Source of the DNA: Obrimoposthia wandeli
Lineage: Eukaryota
Length of the DNA: 64,000 nt
Direction: 5' to 3'
Assembly (NCBI GenBank): GCA_977020255.1
Contig: CDROCS010001915.1
Span: forward strand, 124,001-188,000
In this document: positions 23,567-35,698 of the stretch, piece by piece
Layout: the number at the start of each line of letters is the position of its first letter
Numbering within the stretch: the first letter of the stretch is position 1
The notes under the pieces: generated by a model
Seen by the model: only the letters and a program-made list of their open reading frames with translations
What the model was told of the DNA's origin: nothing
The model's database searches: none
Translations under genes and position numbers: made by a program

Positions 23567-26500
23567 GACACAGGAATAATCAATCATTTTAAATTATTGA
23601 TATTCCTCCTTATTTTAAAATCCCAAAAATTTTATCCCTTCAAATTATTTCTTCTCCAATATTTTTTGCCTTTAACATATTTTCCCCTCACAAATTTTCG
23701 AATTAATATTATTTTTTATAACTGAAATGAAATTTTTTTTTATTTTTATTTTCAAAAATTTCAAATATTTAATTTTCAAATCTATCTTACTTTTAATCAC
23801 AAATAACAAATAATTTACAATAATAGTTTTATCAAAATTATATTTAAACTTAGGGTTTTATATTCTACTATTAATTTAAAAGTAGATAATTTTATTTAAA
23901 ATATTTCTAGCAAATACTTTTATTTGAGTTGAAATATGTTGTAATGCTTCAAAAATATAATATAAACATTTTAAGTATCTTTAAAACCAATTTTTTAAAA
24001 TTAAATCATTTTAATAAGGTTATTATATATCACATGAATTTAATTCGAATTTTATTATTTTGATTAAAATTAAAAGATAATTTGTTTTACTACATCAATA
24101 AACTAATTAAGTCAGAATTATTTGAGATAAAAATGAATAACATTTATAAAATAATATTTTCAAAATTATTTAACTACTCACTTATTTCATAACAATTGTT
24201 TTAGAAATAATAAAATTTAAAAGCAATTAAATAATAACTCCATTTTAATATTACTTACAGAAAATATATATTTATCTTTGAGCAGTAAGTGTTTGTATTT
24301 AACAAAGTGAAATCGGTCACGAGTTGCAAAAATGTGAAAACAAAGATAAAGTGTGATAAATCCATCATAATTAATTTAATTCGATCTCAAAAAATATAAA
24401 TATTATGTAACAAATAACTCAAATTTCTATTACATCAATTTAATTCATGTAGATATAATTAATAGCTGTTAAGTAAAATACATCAAATTTCTGATAAATT
24501 CATCACAAATACACTAAATACCTGATAAATCTAAGTAACGTTTACTAAATCTATGATAAATCCAAGCCAAATAGATATCAAACATTCTAATTATCAGTTA
24601 GAGTCGAATAGACCAAACCTCTATAAAATAAATTATTGTTATTCATATTAAATTTCCGATAAATCTATGTCAACTAGTAAATGAATGAAATATCATATAA
24701 ATTCATTCAAATCTATATTAAATCAATATTAATCCATAAAATTTATCAATAAATCTTATTAAAATATTAAAAAATTAATTCAAATTCATTCAAATACATT
24801 ATTTCAATTCAATTTTGATGAATCAATAAACCCCAATTAATTTGAACCATCCCAAATTTGTTAACAGTTAATTCAATTGATAAGATTAGATAATGGTAGT
24901 CATTATAATAATGTGTATTGGACGATTAGTTGTCATAACTTAATGATTATGTTCGCTTGTACCTTCTAGCCAATATTTTATGATAGAAAGCATGTATATA
25001 TGGATTACATCTTATGTATGGGAAATATATTGCAATTAATACAATATTTGTCATGTGCTCGTTTATTTTCTCAAGTAAGAATCAATCAATATTGTAAAGA
25101 TATTCAAATATTGTTCCATAAAATAAATATATTGCTTGCTAAATGATTTTTAGATATTAGTTAAATATTCTGATTTTACTTTTCAAACTAATCTATTATC
25201 AATACCTTTTCTCATCTGAAATATCCAATTTTGGGACCATAATTTACTTTTTCAAATATAGGGTTACTTATACCTGGCAGGACGATTATATTGAGCAACT
25301 GAACCAGAGTTTGAAACATAGTAATCCACTAGAAATTAAATAAATTTGGATAGTGTTTTATTAAAATTATGACTGTCTTCTGATTGGTTGATGCAAAACT
25401 TTGTAAGTTGATTGAATAGAGCAAGGAAATAGAACACAAAGACTATAGTAATATTTTGTGTGTATGTGTACAATATAATACTCACAAAATATGTACAAGG
25501 TATTATAATTAATTATAAAACATTTCATTATTGGAACTTGCTCTATCTTCATTATTATTATTTTTATTCATATTTTCAATTCCTTATTGTATATCAATAT
25601 TGTTTATCATAAGATAAAAATATAAAAACCACTATGACATTTTGATAAATATCGAAGAAATTGAAGATGGTTGATAAGAAGTAAAATTAGGATGAATTAT
25701 ATATACTAATTATGTTCTAAAAGTGAATTATTCATGTATTCAATATATGTGGAGAAATTCGGGAAATTATATTCTGCTATGTATGAGAAAATTAACTATG
25801 CTTAATTAAAGGTTATTCTTAAAGTGAAATATTGATAAATTGAACTTATTCGATATATGTTTGAAAGTAGCACAATTGGACTATAATATATGGTTAAATT
25901 GAAGACAAATTGATGAGGTGGTTCAGAGGATATATTACCCAGATGTTCAGGTGCTTCTAGAAGATAAATTTATGATGTTAAGGTGGTTCTAGATGAGAAT
26001 TTTATATTATTTCGGTGGTTAAAAAGTAATGATATGTTCAGGAAATGTATGATATTTAGGAGATTAAGATGAGAGTTTAACAAGAGAAATTTAAGCATGG
26101 TCTTCATGATTAGCTAATTTGTGCTATTCAGATGTTTGAGAAGAGAAATTAACAAAATGTGATATTTAGTGATTTTCTTATGTGAGAATTGTGATATTCA
26201 AAAACTAAGATGACATTAGCCATAATGCACATATTTATCCATATTTCTATCATATGATTCAATAATTTAGCTATTATAATACCTGCTCTGACATAATTAT
26301 CCTATTAAGTCGCAGTAATTTTAGGAAAAGAGAATCAGAATATTTTCTGTTAGAGTAATTAGAGTAATTTTGAATGATTTTATGAAATATAAGACCACTG
26401 AAATATAAGTTAATATTTCCTAATATTTGATGTAGATAATTGATTTATAATATATCGCTGAAATTTATCTAAGACCGTTGAAATATCAGTTAATATCTGT

Positions 26501-27709
26501 AAATATTATATCATTATTTGATATAGATTAATTTTATCTAACCTAAATTCATTAGCTGTTGAAGTCCATAAGTTATATTTAATGTCTGCTAAATAAGAAG
26601 TATCAGAATTTATAGAAATTGACGAGTTGATTAGAAATTTTTGGGAATTATAGGAAAATGGATAATCCTATTCTAAAGTGACTTATTGGTAGGCTTATAT
26701 CAATATATATGAGAAAGTTATTGAAAATAATAATAAACGTTAAATAGAATATAAGACTTTAATTACTTACTATTAAAAGTAGCTAAATAATTTATCTACT
26801 TATAAGTACTACATTTTAATTTTTTGTTAAACTTAAAGATTTTATGTAGCCTAAAGAAAAACATAATAAATTTAATAAACAATTTTTAATAATCATTATT
26901 TTGATTAATACATATACACAGTGCAATATTAACTAACTACTTCGCTTTGATCATTTTGTTTGTAAGAGGTTTTAGAAGAGAAATTAATGATGTTCAGGTG
27001 GTTCTTGAAGATAAATGAATATGATGTTCAGGAAATTTATGATATTTAGGTGGTTCTAGAGATAAATTAATGATGTTCACTAACCTGTGTCCGATTTTGC
27101 ATTGTGATATCGGGCACACAGCAAAAAGTGATTTTATCATTGGTATTTTTATATATATATATTTATTTTTTAATATACTTGAAAGAAAACATTAACTTTT
27201 TGAATTTTTGTGTTTTGTTAATTTGAATTAATTTTAAATCGATTTAATAATCTAATTTCAAATTTAGACCTATTTTTTAAGAAATGTTATTTATAAATAT
27301 TTAAAAGAAAGTTTTAATTCTTATATTTAATTATTTTTACACAATCTAGTAATGAGTTATCATCCATTGAAGAAAGGAAAACGACTTACAGAGTACAAAG
27401 ATGATTTTAAAAAGTTGAAAACATTGGCAACTATTTATCAAGTTTTAACAAGACTGACAACTCTGCAAAATGTAAATAATGGGCTGAAACCTTCTCATGT
27501 TACGGTTCTACTGTCTAAATATTGACATATCATATTGACCCTTATCCCAAGACAAATGAGGTGGCAGAAAATGTATTCAGAATGGTCCATAAAAAAATAT
27601 TTAATCGTAATTCTGTAGAGAATCTTGAAATTTATATGAAACATTATTTTATGATAAATCTGCTAGATTGAATTAGAAATATTTTAAGTACCCTTGACTT
27701 CATGATGAA

Positions 27710-27822
27710 CTTGACCTCCTGATGATGACCTCATAAGGTCATGACCTTAACTTGACCTGAAATGACCTTGACCTCCTGATGATGACCTCATAAGGTCATG
27801 ACCTTAACTTGACCTGAAATGA
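27710..27822. repeat. 57-bp tandem repeat x2, rich in TGACCT/AGGTCA
   Basis: cttgacctcctgatgatgacctcataaggtcatgaccttaacttgacctgaaatga at 27710 and 27767. Confidence 0.92.
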
Positions 27823-28005
27823 GTTCATGAATATTTTATACCATCCAAACATGTACAGTCAAAAAAATATTATATTTTAAATCCAAAGACATACATGTAT
27901 TCAAGCATCAACAAAATTTTAGAAAATACCATAAATTCTTTGAATAATTCGTTTTCATTGGACGTTAAACTTATACAACAAAATCTTAAGAAAATCTTAA
28001 GAAAA

Positions 28006-28275
28006 TAGTTATATTTTCAAATAAAATATGTTTTATCCAATGATATTCCAGCATTCAAACATAGTTAAAAAATTGAAAAAAGCCTACTGATTTTCAAATA
28101 AATTATTTGAATAACCCGCTCTCATTGGACGACAAAAGTTTAGTTATATATTTTCGAATAAAATATGTTTTATCCAATGACATTCCAGCATTCAAACATA
28201 GTTAAAAAATTGAAAAAAGCCTACTGATTTTCAAATAAATTATTTGAATAACCCGCTCTCATTGGAAGACAAAAG
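28006..28275. repeat. About 135-bp direct repeat x2 upstream of the 28358 gene
   Basis: tagttata...cccgctctcattgg..acaaaag at 28006 and 28141; contains CCAAT and ATTGG. Confidence 0.9.
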
Positions 28276-28357
28276 AGGGTTAGTCTATTATTTTTGTATA
28301 TAAGGAAACCTCTTCATTATTTTTCATAAATCAAATATCATCAATCAAGAAGCAAGA

Positions 28358-30022
28358 ATGTCAAATTTCAATAACGTCGATTTGGATGAAGAGACGGAGG
28401 TTCAGCTGTATGGGGATCTCTCTCCAGTACAGCAGCGAACGCCACCACCGGCGCAGTACATTGACTTACTTAGTCAAGACTCGTCGGTGGTGCGTGAAGG
28501 AGACGAAGGAGAAGCAGCAGCAAGAGCCCAACTGTTGCTAGAAGAACCGCCATTGGCCAGCTCAACTCCAAGAGAAGAACCAATGAGCGTGCGAGGTGGG
28601 GTACAGAGATCCCAATATATCGATCTGACTAGTCAGGATTCGATAGAGAATTGGAAGACTGTACTACCAGGCTGAACACAGAAGCCAATCGTCCGGCAAC
28701 TTCAGCAGTAGCAGCAAGGAGATCCAATCTCTTTGACAATTTTGAGGCGGCAATCAAATGCCCCTGGAAATTGATCCCGCTGTCTCAACCGGAGATAATA
28801 CTGGCACCAGACTCAGACGAGGACGTTTACTGATGACGTTCCGTCGGATGGGGAGGAGGAGTGGATACAGCCAAGTATCGGAGCCCCAGGAGCCAACGAG
28901 TCCATGGTTGCAGAAATGGATGAATATGAGTGGTATCTGTTCACTGACGAATGGGATGGTCTCACTCCTTCTACAACTCCGATACCCAACAATACAGTGC
29001 CTGAGGCTAATTGAACCGCAATACTTGGCGAGTCAATGTAGCCAGGATGATCCCAGGAGTGATCAGAGATACCTATCGACTCCGGCTAAAATTGAGGTAT
29101 ATTATTATAAATTAGTAAATTTATTTAATTATTCACTTAGGAAGCTGAATTGGTGAAGGAAATTTGGGAGGAGGCATCTCGGAGACTACCTGTCGATAGG
29201 AAGCAAGCGGTAGTTAAGAAACCTCGACGTCATCGAATCAAAACCAATACGGTCCATCGGAAGAAGGCCAAGTTGGTGAAACAGGCTAAACTGCCCGTCA
29301 TTGAGGTAAATTATTTATATGTTTAAATTTTATTAATGTTTTTTAGTTGCAGGAACCAATAATATTAACTGAGGAGACATGGGCCAAAATTTCTCCTTTC
29401 CCACAGAAGCAAACGAGGCAGGCTACTGTACGGAAGACACGGCGTCTTAGAAAGGCTAAATCCTGTCTGCTCAATTCGAGTGAAGTAACGATTGAGCGCA
29501 GGAAAAACTTCCGTATAAGATTATTGAGGTAATTTTTTGGTATTTTAAATATTTTTTTAATTAAATAAAATTTATATGAAATTTTATTTTTGTTTTCATT
29601 TGTAGGAACCTGCCCGGATAATTGAGGAGACTTGAGGAGAAGTTACTCCTATCCCTAAGAAAAGGACAAAGCGGGCAGAGGTAAAGAAGATGAGGCGCTC
29701 GAGAAAAATTCGCACCTCAATTGGCCATTATTCTGAGGCGGTGATTGGCCAGCAGGAGATTCTCCCTCCTCCAGTGGATGACGGGCCTATCCTATATGAG
29801 AGGATCCCAGTCTCACCGATTGAGATAAGTCCGCCCTCGAGTCAACAACGCCTGCAGGAGACTGCTTCTCCTCGTCCAACATCCAGCCAGAACTTGAAGA
29901 GGGCCTGGGATGACGCTGGTTTGAACGAATTCTTGGCGGAACTGGATACACCGCCAATGCTTCCAGTTTCGCGTGGGCAACAGGATGCCGTCTCACGCCA
30001 GCTTCAGCGTGAGAAGGAGTAG
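28358..30022 (+). pseudogene. Multi-exon acidic/Pro-rich then Lys/Arg-rich gene, probably a Maverick accessory gene
   Basis: GC-richer exons separated by AT-rich GT..AG introns (29098..29140, 29306..29352, 29529..29605), all at ATTGAG|gt...ag|GAA. TATA at 28297. Frameshifts and one TGA present. Confidence 0.65.
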
Positions 30023-30665
30023 AAACAGAAAAAAGCTCCGCGGAAGAGGAAGGCTACTGCTTCTATGTCGGGGCCATCAACATCGGCTGCACCTCCTCCC
30101 AAAACGTTGCGGCAACTATTGCCAAAACCTGAGGGAAGGACAATTGCTGTACAGCAACCGGTGAAGCCGTAAAAGAAACCGGGCCGGCCAAAGAAGAAGG
30201 AACCAGTACCGCTTTCTCCTATAAAATCAAGTCGGAGGGATTACGACCCGGATGATCCCAATGATGACTTCGTAAAACTGTTCAAAAATATAATTTATAA
30301 ACATTAGTTTCTTGTGTGGTCCTTTTATTATTATTTATTTTAGAATTTAGTAATATTAAAATATACTACTTAAGTTTATTAAAATAACAAGATTAAAAAT
30401 ATAGTTTAGAATTTAGTAATATTAAAATATCCTCCTTGAGTTTATTAAAATAACAAGATTAAAAATAAAGTTAACTTATTCGAATGTGATTGGATTGTTA
30501 AGGAATAAATAAAATTTTTTAGGATTAATTATATATGCAATGATTAGTTATATATTTATTAAATTTTCATTTGATAAATATATTTTAATTGCTTGTGATT
30601 GGATTAAAAATATCTTATATTTATATATATAGGTTCAAATTTATTAACATCTTCATAATTAAAAA

Positions 30666-30986
30666 ATGGAATTTATTAAAATGCAAAGTTTGGTGACGAA
30701 GATCGAGGCAAATATAAGAATAAATGAGAAGAAAGGAGACTTACGAAAGAGGATCCTCAACCAGAATTTATATACTGCTGTCGCGACCGAGTGGAATCGT
30801 CGGGTGGAGATTCAGGACAGGCGGCCAGCAGAACGACGTCGGGTTGTGGAGTGGAACAAGAAAATCGAAATGGAAAAAAAGAAGGTGGAGGAAAAAAGAA
30901 GAGAAGAGTCGGAGGATGTTCGGCGAGCAGCAAGAAAGCGAATCCTCCAGATTAAACCGGAAGAGGGTCCTTCCACAAAAAAATAA
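30666..30986 (+). CDS. 106-aa charged, probably coiled-coil protein of unknown function
   Basis: Intact ORF in a GC-richer island with a TATA-like motif about 40 nt upstream and CCAAT-type boxes; lies among Maverick-type genes. Confidence 0.5.
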   Translation: MEFIKMQSLVTKIEANIRINEKKGDLRKRILNQNLYTAVATEWNRRVEIQDRRPAERRRVVEWNKKIEMEKKKVEEKRREESEDVRRAARKRILQIKPEEGPSTKK

Positions 30987-31139
30987 ATTTTATAGATTAT
31001 TATTTTGTCTTTATTGATTATGTTATAAAATTGTCTAAATGTTATAAAATTGTCTAAATACTACCTCGTCATTTTAATAAATTTTTGATTAATAGTTTTT
31101 CGTTATAAACAACGGGATTTGCTACAAATTTGGGTAATT

Positions 31140-31628
31140 ATGCAGGAATATATCATCGATTTTGAGGCTTTCATTAACAAAAATGGGGATTATATTATAA
31201 AAGAATTATGTATTATGGATGTATGCGACGTTTTTCATCCTTTGCATTTCATATTTCATATAGATATCCCATTTAAAAATTTAGATTATAATAAAAAATT
31301 TACTAATTTATATCTAACTAAATATTTCCATTTATTAAAATGGAAAGAAGGACATAAGGCTTTTTGTGAAATATGTATTTTCGATACTATTAAATCTAAT
31401 TTTGAAATTGAAAATGGAATTTTTTATGTTTTAGATGAAATGGATGGCAAAAAATATAAGACTTTAAAAAAATATTTTCCTAAATTGAGGTTGAATACTT
31501 TAAATATTTCACGTGATCATCTATTAAATATTCCACAAAATATTTGCTGTCCATATCGTAATCATGGTGACCATTGCGCATATAAAAAATGTTTAAGTCT
31601 TTCTTATTATTACTTGACATGTAGATAA
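31140..31628 (+). CDS. Maverick DEDD/DnaQ-like accessory protein, second lineage
   Basis: YIIDFEAFINKNGDYIIKELCIMD...YFHLLKWKEG...CPYRNHGDHCAYKKC, clearly homologous to 52690..53178. Confidence 0.75.
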   Translation: MQEYIIDFEAFINKNGDYIIKELCIMDVCDVFHPLHFIFHIDIPFKNLDYNKKFTNLYLTKYFHLLKWKEGHKAFCEICIFDTIKSNFEIENGIFYVLDEMDGKKYKTLKKYFPKLRLNTLNISRDHLLNIPQNICCPYRNHGDHCAYKKCLSLSYYYLTCR

Positions 31629-31693
31629 ACAATTCTTCTAATTGGAGGAATTCATTATTAAAATTTTACAATTATTTACAAATAAGCCTTTTG

Positions 31694-31870
31694 ATTGGAG
31701 GAATAAAATTATTTTTTCAACCAATAATAGATAAACAATCCTTCTCTTTAATTGGAGGAATAAAATTATTTTTTCAATCTATAATAAATAAACAATCCTT
31801 CTCTTTAATTGGAGGAATAAAATTATTTTTTCAACCAATAACAGATAAACAATCCTTCTCAGTGGAGGAA
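31694..31870. repeat. 57-bp tandem repeat x3 with ATTGG/CCAAT boxes
   Basis: attggaggaataaaatt starts at 31694, 31751 and 31808, just upstream of the TATA at 31924. Confidence 0.9.
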
Positions 31871-31971
31871 TAAATTCAATTTTTTAATCCAATAGGAAAA
31901 GAGAATGTGTGCATAAATTTTAGTATATAAGCAAACACTTTCTTCATTTAAATCCCCGACAATTTGAAATA

Positions 31972-33445
31972 ATGCCTATGGTAAGAATTTATTTGTATTA
32001 TTTCCTTATTAATATTTATTATTTCAAATTACGTGTAACCTATTCCCTGCATATTGCGGTGCTTCGGCTCTGCATGGAGGAGAGTCCTGCATGGAGACAA
32101 TGTCTGCATACTACCAGACAAAGTCTCAAGGTGTTCTGTTCTTCGTCTGCCCCTTCTGCAGAACAATGGAGGAGAAGGAGTTTCGGTTGGAGACCATCGA
32201 GGAAACCAATTTCGTCGAGTCAACGGACGACAGCTGGATGGATTCCATCAATGAAGAAGCCTTCATTCCAGCTCAACTTGGATTGCCATCATTAGGTATT
32301 TTTTTATTTTTTAAAATTGTTATTATATATTTTATTTTTTAATATATATATTTTATTTTTATTTTTTATTCAGGAAGTACCATGATACAGCCGTCATCCG
32401 ATAGGACAGCTATGCCTCCCCCATCGCGAGTTAGCACGATGTTAGCACGCCTTAGAGGTAATTTTTAAAAATATATTTATTTTTTATTATATTTATTTCA
32501 GCAGCACTAACCTCTACAACAGCCGCTTCTTCATCGGCAAGGTCAGCGGTCCCTTCAACATCAGCTACAGTTGCCTCAACATCGGCAGCATCAACAATAG
32601 CAGCACCTTCAACCTCAGCTGCGTTTGTGTCAACTGCTAATATAAATAGTTGTCTTCCCGTTCAATTAGGGGGAGGTTTGTCAGCGACAAACGGAAGAAA
32701 GAGGCGAGGCCAATTTCTTAATAAGGTCCCACCCAAAAAACGTAGAGAAAACGGTGCTACTATAGAGTATCACCTAAATAATAAATATGTTATAGTTAAG
32801 GTGCCATTAGGAAATGAAATTTTATTAAACGTAGATGTAGATTCAAATATTGAAAATCTTTTAAAATCAGAAGGGACTAAATTAGGACAGGCTAAGGTTC
32901 AATTTTGCGCAACAGTGCAGTTTAAAAATATCAATGAGGAAACTAAAACTTGGGTAATTTCACATAAAGCAACTGTTTTTTATGATAATTTTGTAACTGA
33001 AATTGGAAGAAACCTGGATGAAAAAATTGCTAATTATAGCGAGTTAAGTAGTGGATGGACTCTAGTTAGAATTCACGATGTTAGCTTTGTTCTAACAAAG
33101 TTCACTGACATGATATATCTTTCGGGGAGTTCATACATTCCTTCACCTAGATCTCTTCAACTTTCACGTTCCATTGTTAATGTACAAAACAGTGATAACC
33201 TTTGCTTTCTGTATAGCGTGTTGGCCATCCTCAAAAGGGGTGTAATTACTGAACATAGAGAGCGTGTCAGTAAATATACCCCTTTTCTAAATGAATTGCA
33301 GTATCATGGAATAGATTTTCCTGTTAAATTAACTGCGATATCAAGATTTGAACATCTTAATAACTTGAGTATTAATGTATTCAAATATAATACTGATATC
33401 CCAGTTAATGTAAAGATGAAGAAATTTTTAAAAATCCTTTTGTAG
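31972..33445 (+). pseudogene. Spliced 5' part of the protein-primed DNA polymerase B gene (Zn-ribbon, Ser/Thr/Ala linker, N-terminal domain), truncated
   Basis: Exons 31972..31980, 32028..32295, 32374..32457 and 32502..33445 join in frame. The last exon has QLGGG, SGWTL, YIPSP..L..IVNVQNSDNLCFLYSVLA and GIDFPV..I.RFE..NNLSINVF, typical of Polinton pPolB N-termini. The first acceptor reads AA instead of AG. Confidence 0.75.
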
Positions 33446-33691
33446 ATGTAATTTATAGGAGCAAAAATGAGGGGACTCAGGTCAACTTAATTTTGCTCGA
33501 ACAGAATAATTCAATGTTATCTCTTGTTATATCGTTATTTTTTAATTCTGATAAAATTTGTTTACCCTTTATTTTTCCAGAAAATATTTCATCGACAAGA
33601 CGATACACTCCATTGTCTGTATTTATAGTATTTTTCAGTCAAAACAATAGGTTTAAACAGTTTTTTTATATAAAAAAGATAACAAGAACTA

Positions 33692-34063
33692 TTAAGATCT
33701 ATTTTCTAAAATCAAATTAACAATGTATGGATAATCAAAATTTTCCAATCCCAATATCATAACTTTACCACTGGATAATATATTTACACATAGCGTTTTA
33801 AACTTCAAATTACTGAGAGTAGGAAAAATTTCTGGTTCAAACATGCATTCTTCTTTCATTTTCTCTGTAGTTTTAAAAATATTTATCTGTTTCCAAAAAT
33901 TAGTCGAAATCGTGATTGATTGTATTGCAGTGATTTGAATTCCAAATAGTAATTCAAACTCAAACATTGGTATTTTGCATCCAATAACACGACAATTTCC
34001 TAAAAGAATTCAATATAAAAATAAAATAAAAAAACATTTATAATTTATATTTACAAGTTTCAT
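33692..34063 (-). pseudogene. TBP-like gene, deleted and frameshifted paralogue of 56521..57023
   Basis: ATG AAA CTT GTA AAT ATA AAT TAT at 34063, most of exon 1 deleted, same intron acceptor, then GNCRVIGCK...MFEPEIFPTL..NILSSGKVMILG. Confidence 0.85.
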
Positions 34064-34351
34064 TAGACTAAAATTGTATTCTGTAAATTCTGTAAATTGT
34101 AATTAACTTGCAAACCTATTATAATTGGATAATATATTTCTTCCTATCAATTTCGATTTTTAATATGGATTTAGTCCAATCAAATTCAATGCTTTAGTTA
34201 TATTAACCAATGAGATTCATGTCTTTGTTACAAATTAGTAGTAAAGAATGTGCCATTGGATGATAAATCACAATAAATGCATTCATATCAAAGACAATTA
34301 TCAATGATGGACGATAGACAACGAATATTAAGCGGTGACAAAGATTTATAA

Positions 34352-34760
34352 ATGTTTGAAGAATCGGATAAGGATATGTATGAAGAAGTGAAACAATATT
34401 TCAAATACAAAGTCAGATTCTTGAAAAAGGCTCAACTGATTGCTTTAGTAAATCCTGTGACAATTGAAAGAAGAAAGTTCAGCTATTATCTATCAAATAT
34501 TCAAAAACCAGATTTTCAATATCTTAAACAGAAAGTTTAAAATGCAGTTCCAAATTTTACTTTCAATAAGAACAAATTTTATATCCGAGTGAGCCGATGC
34601 AGCATTTCTAGATGAGTATGGAAGATAAATAGATGTTGATGCATTTCCGAAAATGAAGCAATGGACTGTAACAATTCGACTTTATGGTTACAAGAAATAT
34701 GAAAATGGAACAAAGTTGGCTATGTGGAAAATTGATCGTGCTCATATTCCTATGTTTTAA
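34352..34760 (+). pseudogene. Unknown Maverick gene divergent from the TBP-like gene, frameshifted
   Basis: Homologue of 57349..57774. Keeps the probable native C-terminus WTVTIRLYGYKKYENGTKLAMWKIDRAHIPMF*. Confidence 0.65.
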
Positions 34761-34925
34761 CTCTTTCCTTTCATTTTGCATGTAATAAATTGTAATCGGT
34801 TTTATTCATTTTTACTATGTTTTCTTCATTTTGCAATCAATAATCAGTTTTATTTTTTAAAATATTTGTATTTTATATGTATTTTTTTTATAAACATTGA
34901 TTTTAATAAGTTTCATTAATTAAGA

Positions 34926-35330
34926 ATGAATCCTTTTCTGAGATATGCAGGAAATTTTTATTATCTGGAAAGAATTTCAAAAGGAAAACCATATAAAATA
35001 AATAAGAAGTATCAAATTATACAAGTTATGAATCCTGTGAAAATATCAAAAGTGAAAAATAAATATCAAATTGAAATTTTAACAACATCTGATATTGATC
35101 AATTGAAAAATATTTTGAAATTTCACATACCTGATTATGCATACAAAGAAAACTTTTCCAGCTTGAAACTGATCCCAGTCTGTTATTTAAAGATGATCTA
35201 GGTTATTTGATTGCTCCAATTTCAGATGAAGAACTATGGAATATTTTAATACGATTCCATAGATATTATGCTGATTACTGGAAAATACAGCATTTTTGGA
35301 TTTTCAGTGAAACTAATATGATGTTTTATA
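34926..35330 (+). pseudogene. Unknown ORF near the Maverick terminus, frameshifted
   Basis: 91-aa ATG ORF appears to continue after a frameshift (DDLGYLIAPISDEELW...). No motif recognised. Confidence 0.35.
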
Positions 35331-35589
35331 TATGATTTTTTTAATAAATATATTGAAATACATTATTTTGTTTTTCTCTTATAAATTATAAAATTATAAC
35401 CTACATATTTTGTTATTCTTACTTATATGTAGTAATTTATTCATCTAAAATCTGTTATTAGATGTCCTTAAAATAGTAGTCATATATTCATATGAAAGTA
35501 TTATCTAAAATCTCGTCTATGATAAGTCGATGGGATCAATATGGATTCATGTGGTCTTCTTTAATCACTTTTGAGATTGGATATGAAAT

Positions 35590-35698
35590 TCATGCGCACG
35601 TGCACGAAATTTCATTCCACATACATGTACGGTTTTAAAGACATTGGTAGTTCGCCCTCGGAGGAGGAATTGGATTAGACAGGATAGATTCACCTACT
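35590..35698 (-). mobile_element. Maverick-type terminal inverted repeat, right-end orientation
   Basis: cacgaaatttca..catgtacggttttaaag...ggattagac.gga.a.at.cacctact is homologous to 58092..58180; ends in the reverse complement of AGTAGGTG. Confidence 0.7.

Noticed and set aside
23610-27100. Very AT-rich tract with degenerate ~30-bp gatgttcaggtggttct units; looked for a Penelope RT/GIY-YIG ORF after the hammerhead
   Set aside because: Only weak, stop-ridden hints; no convincing motif on either strand.
27718-27760. CTGATGA followed by a hairpin, as a hammerhead candidate
   Set aside because: No GAAA after the hairpin and no stem III or cleavage triplet.
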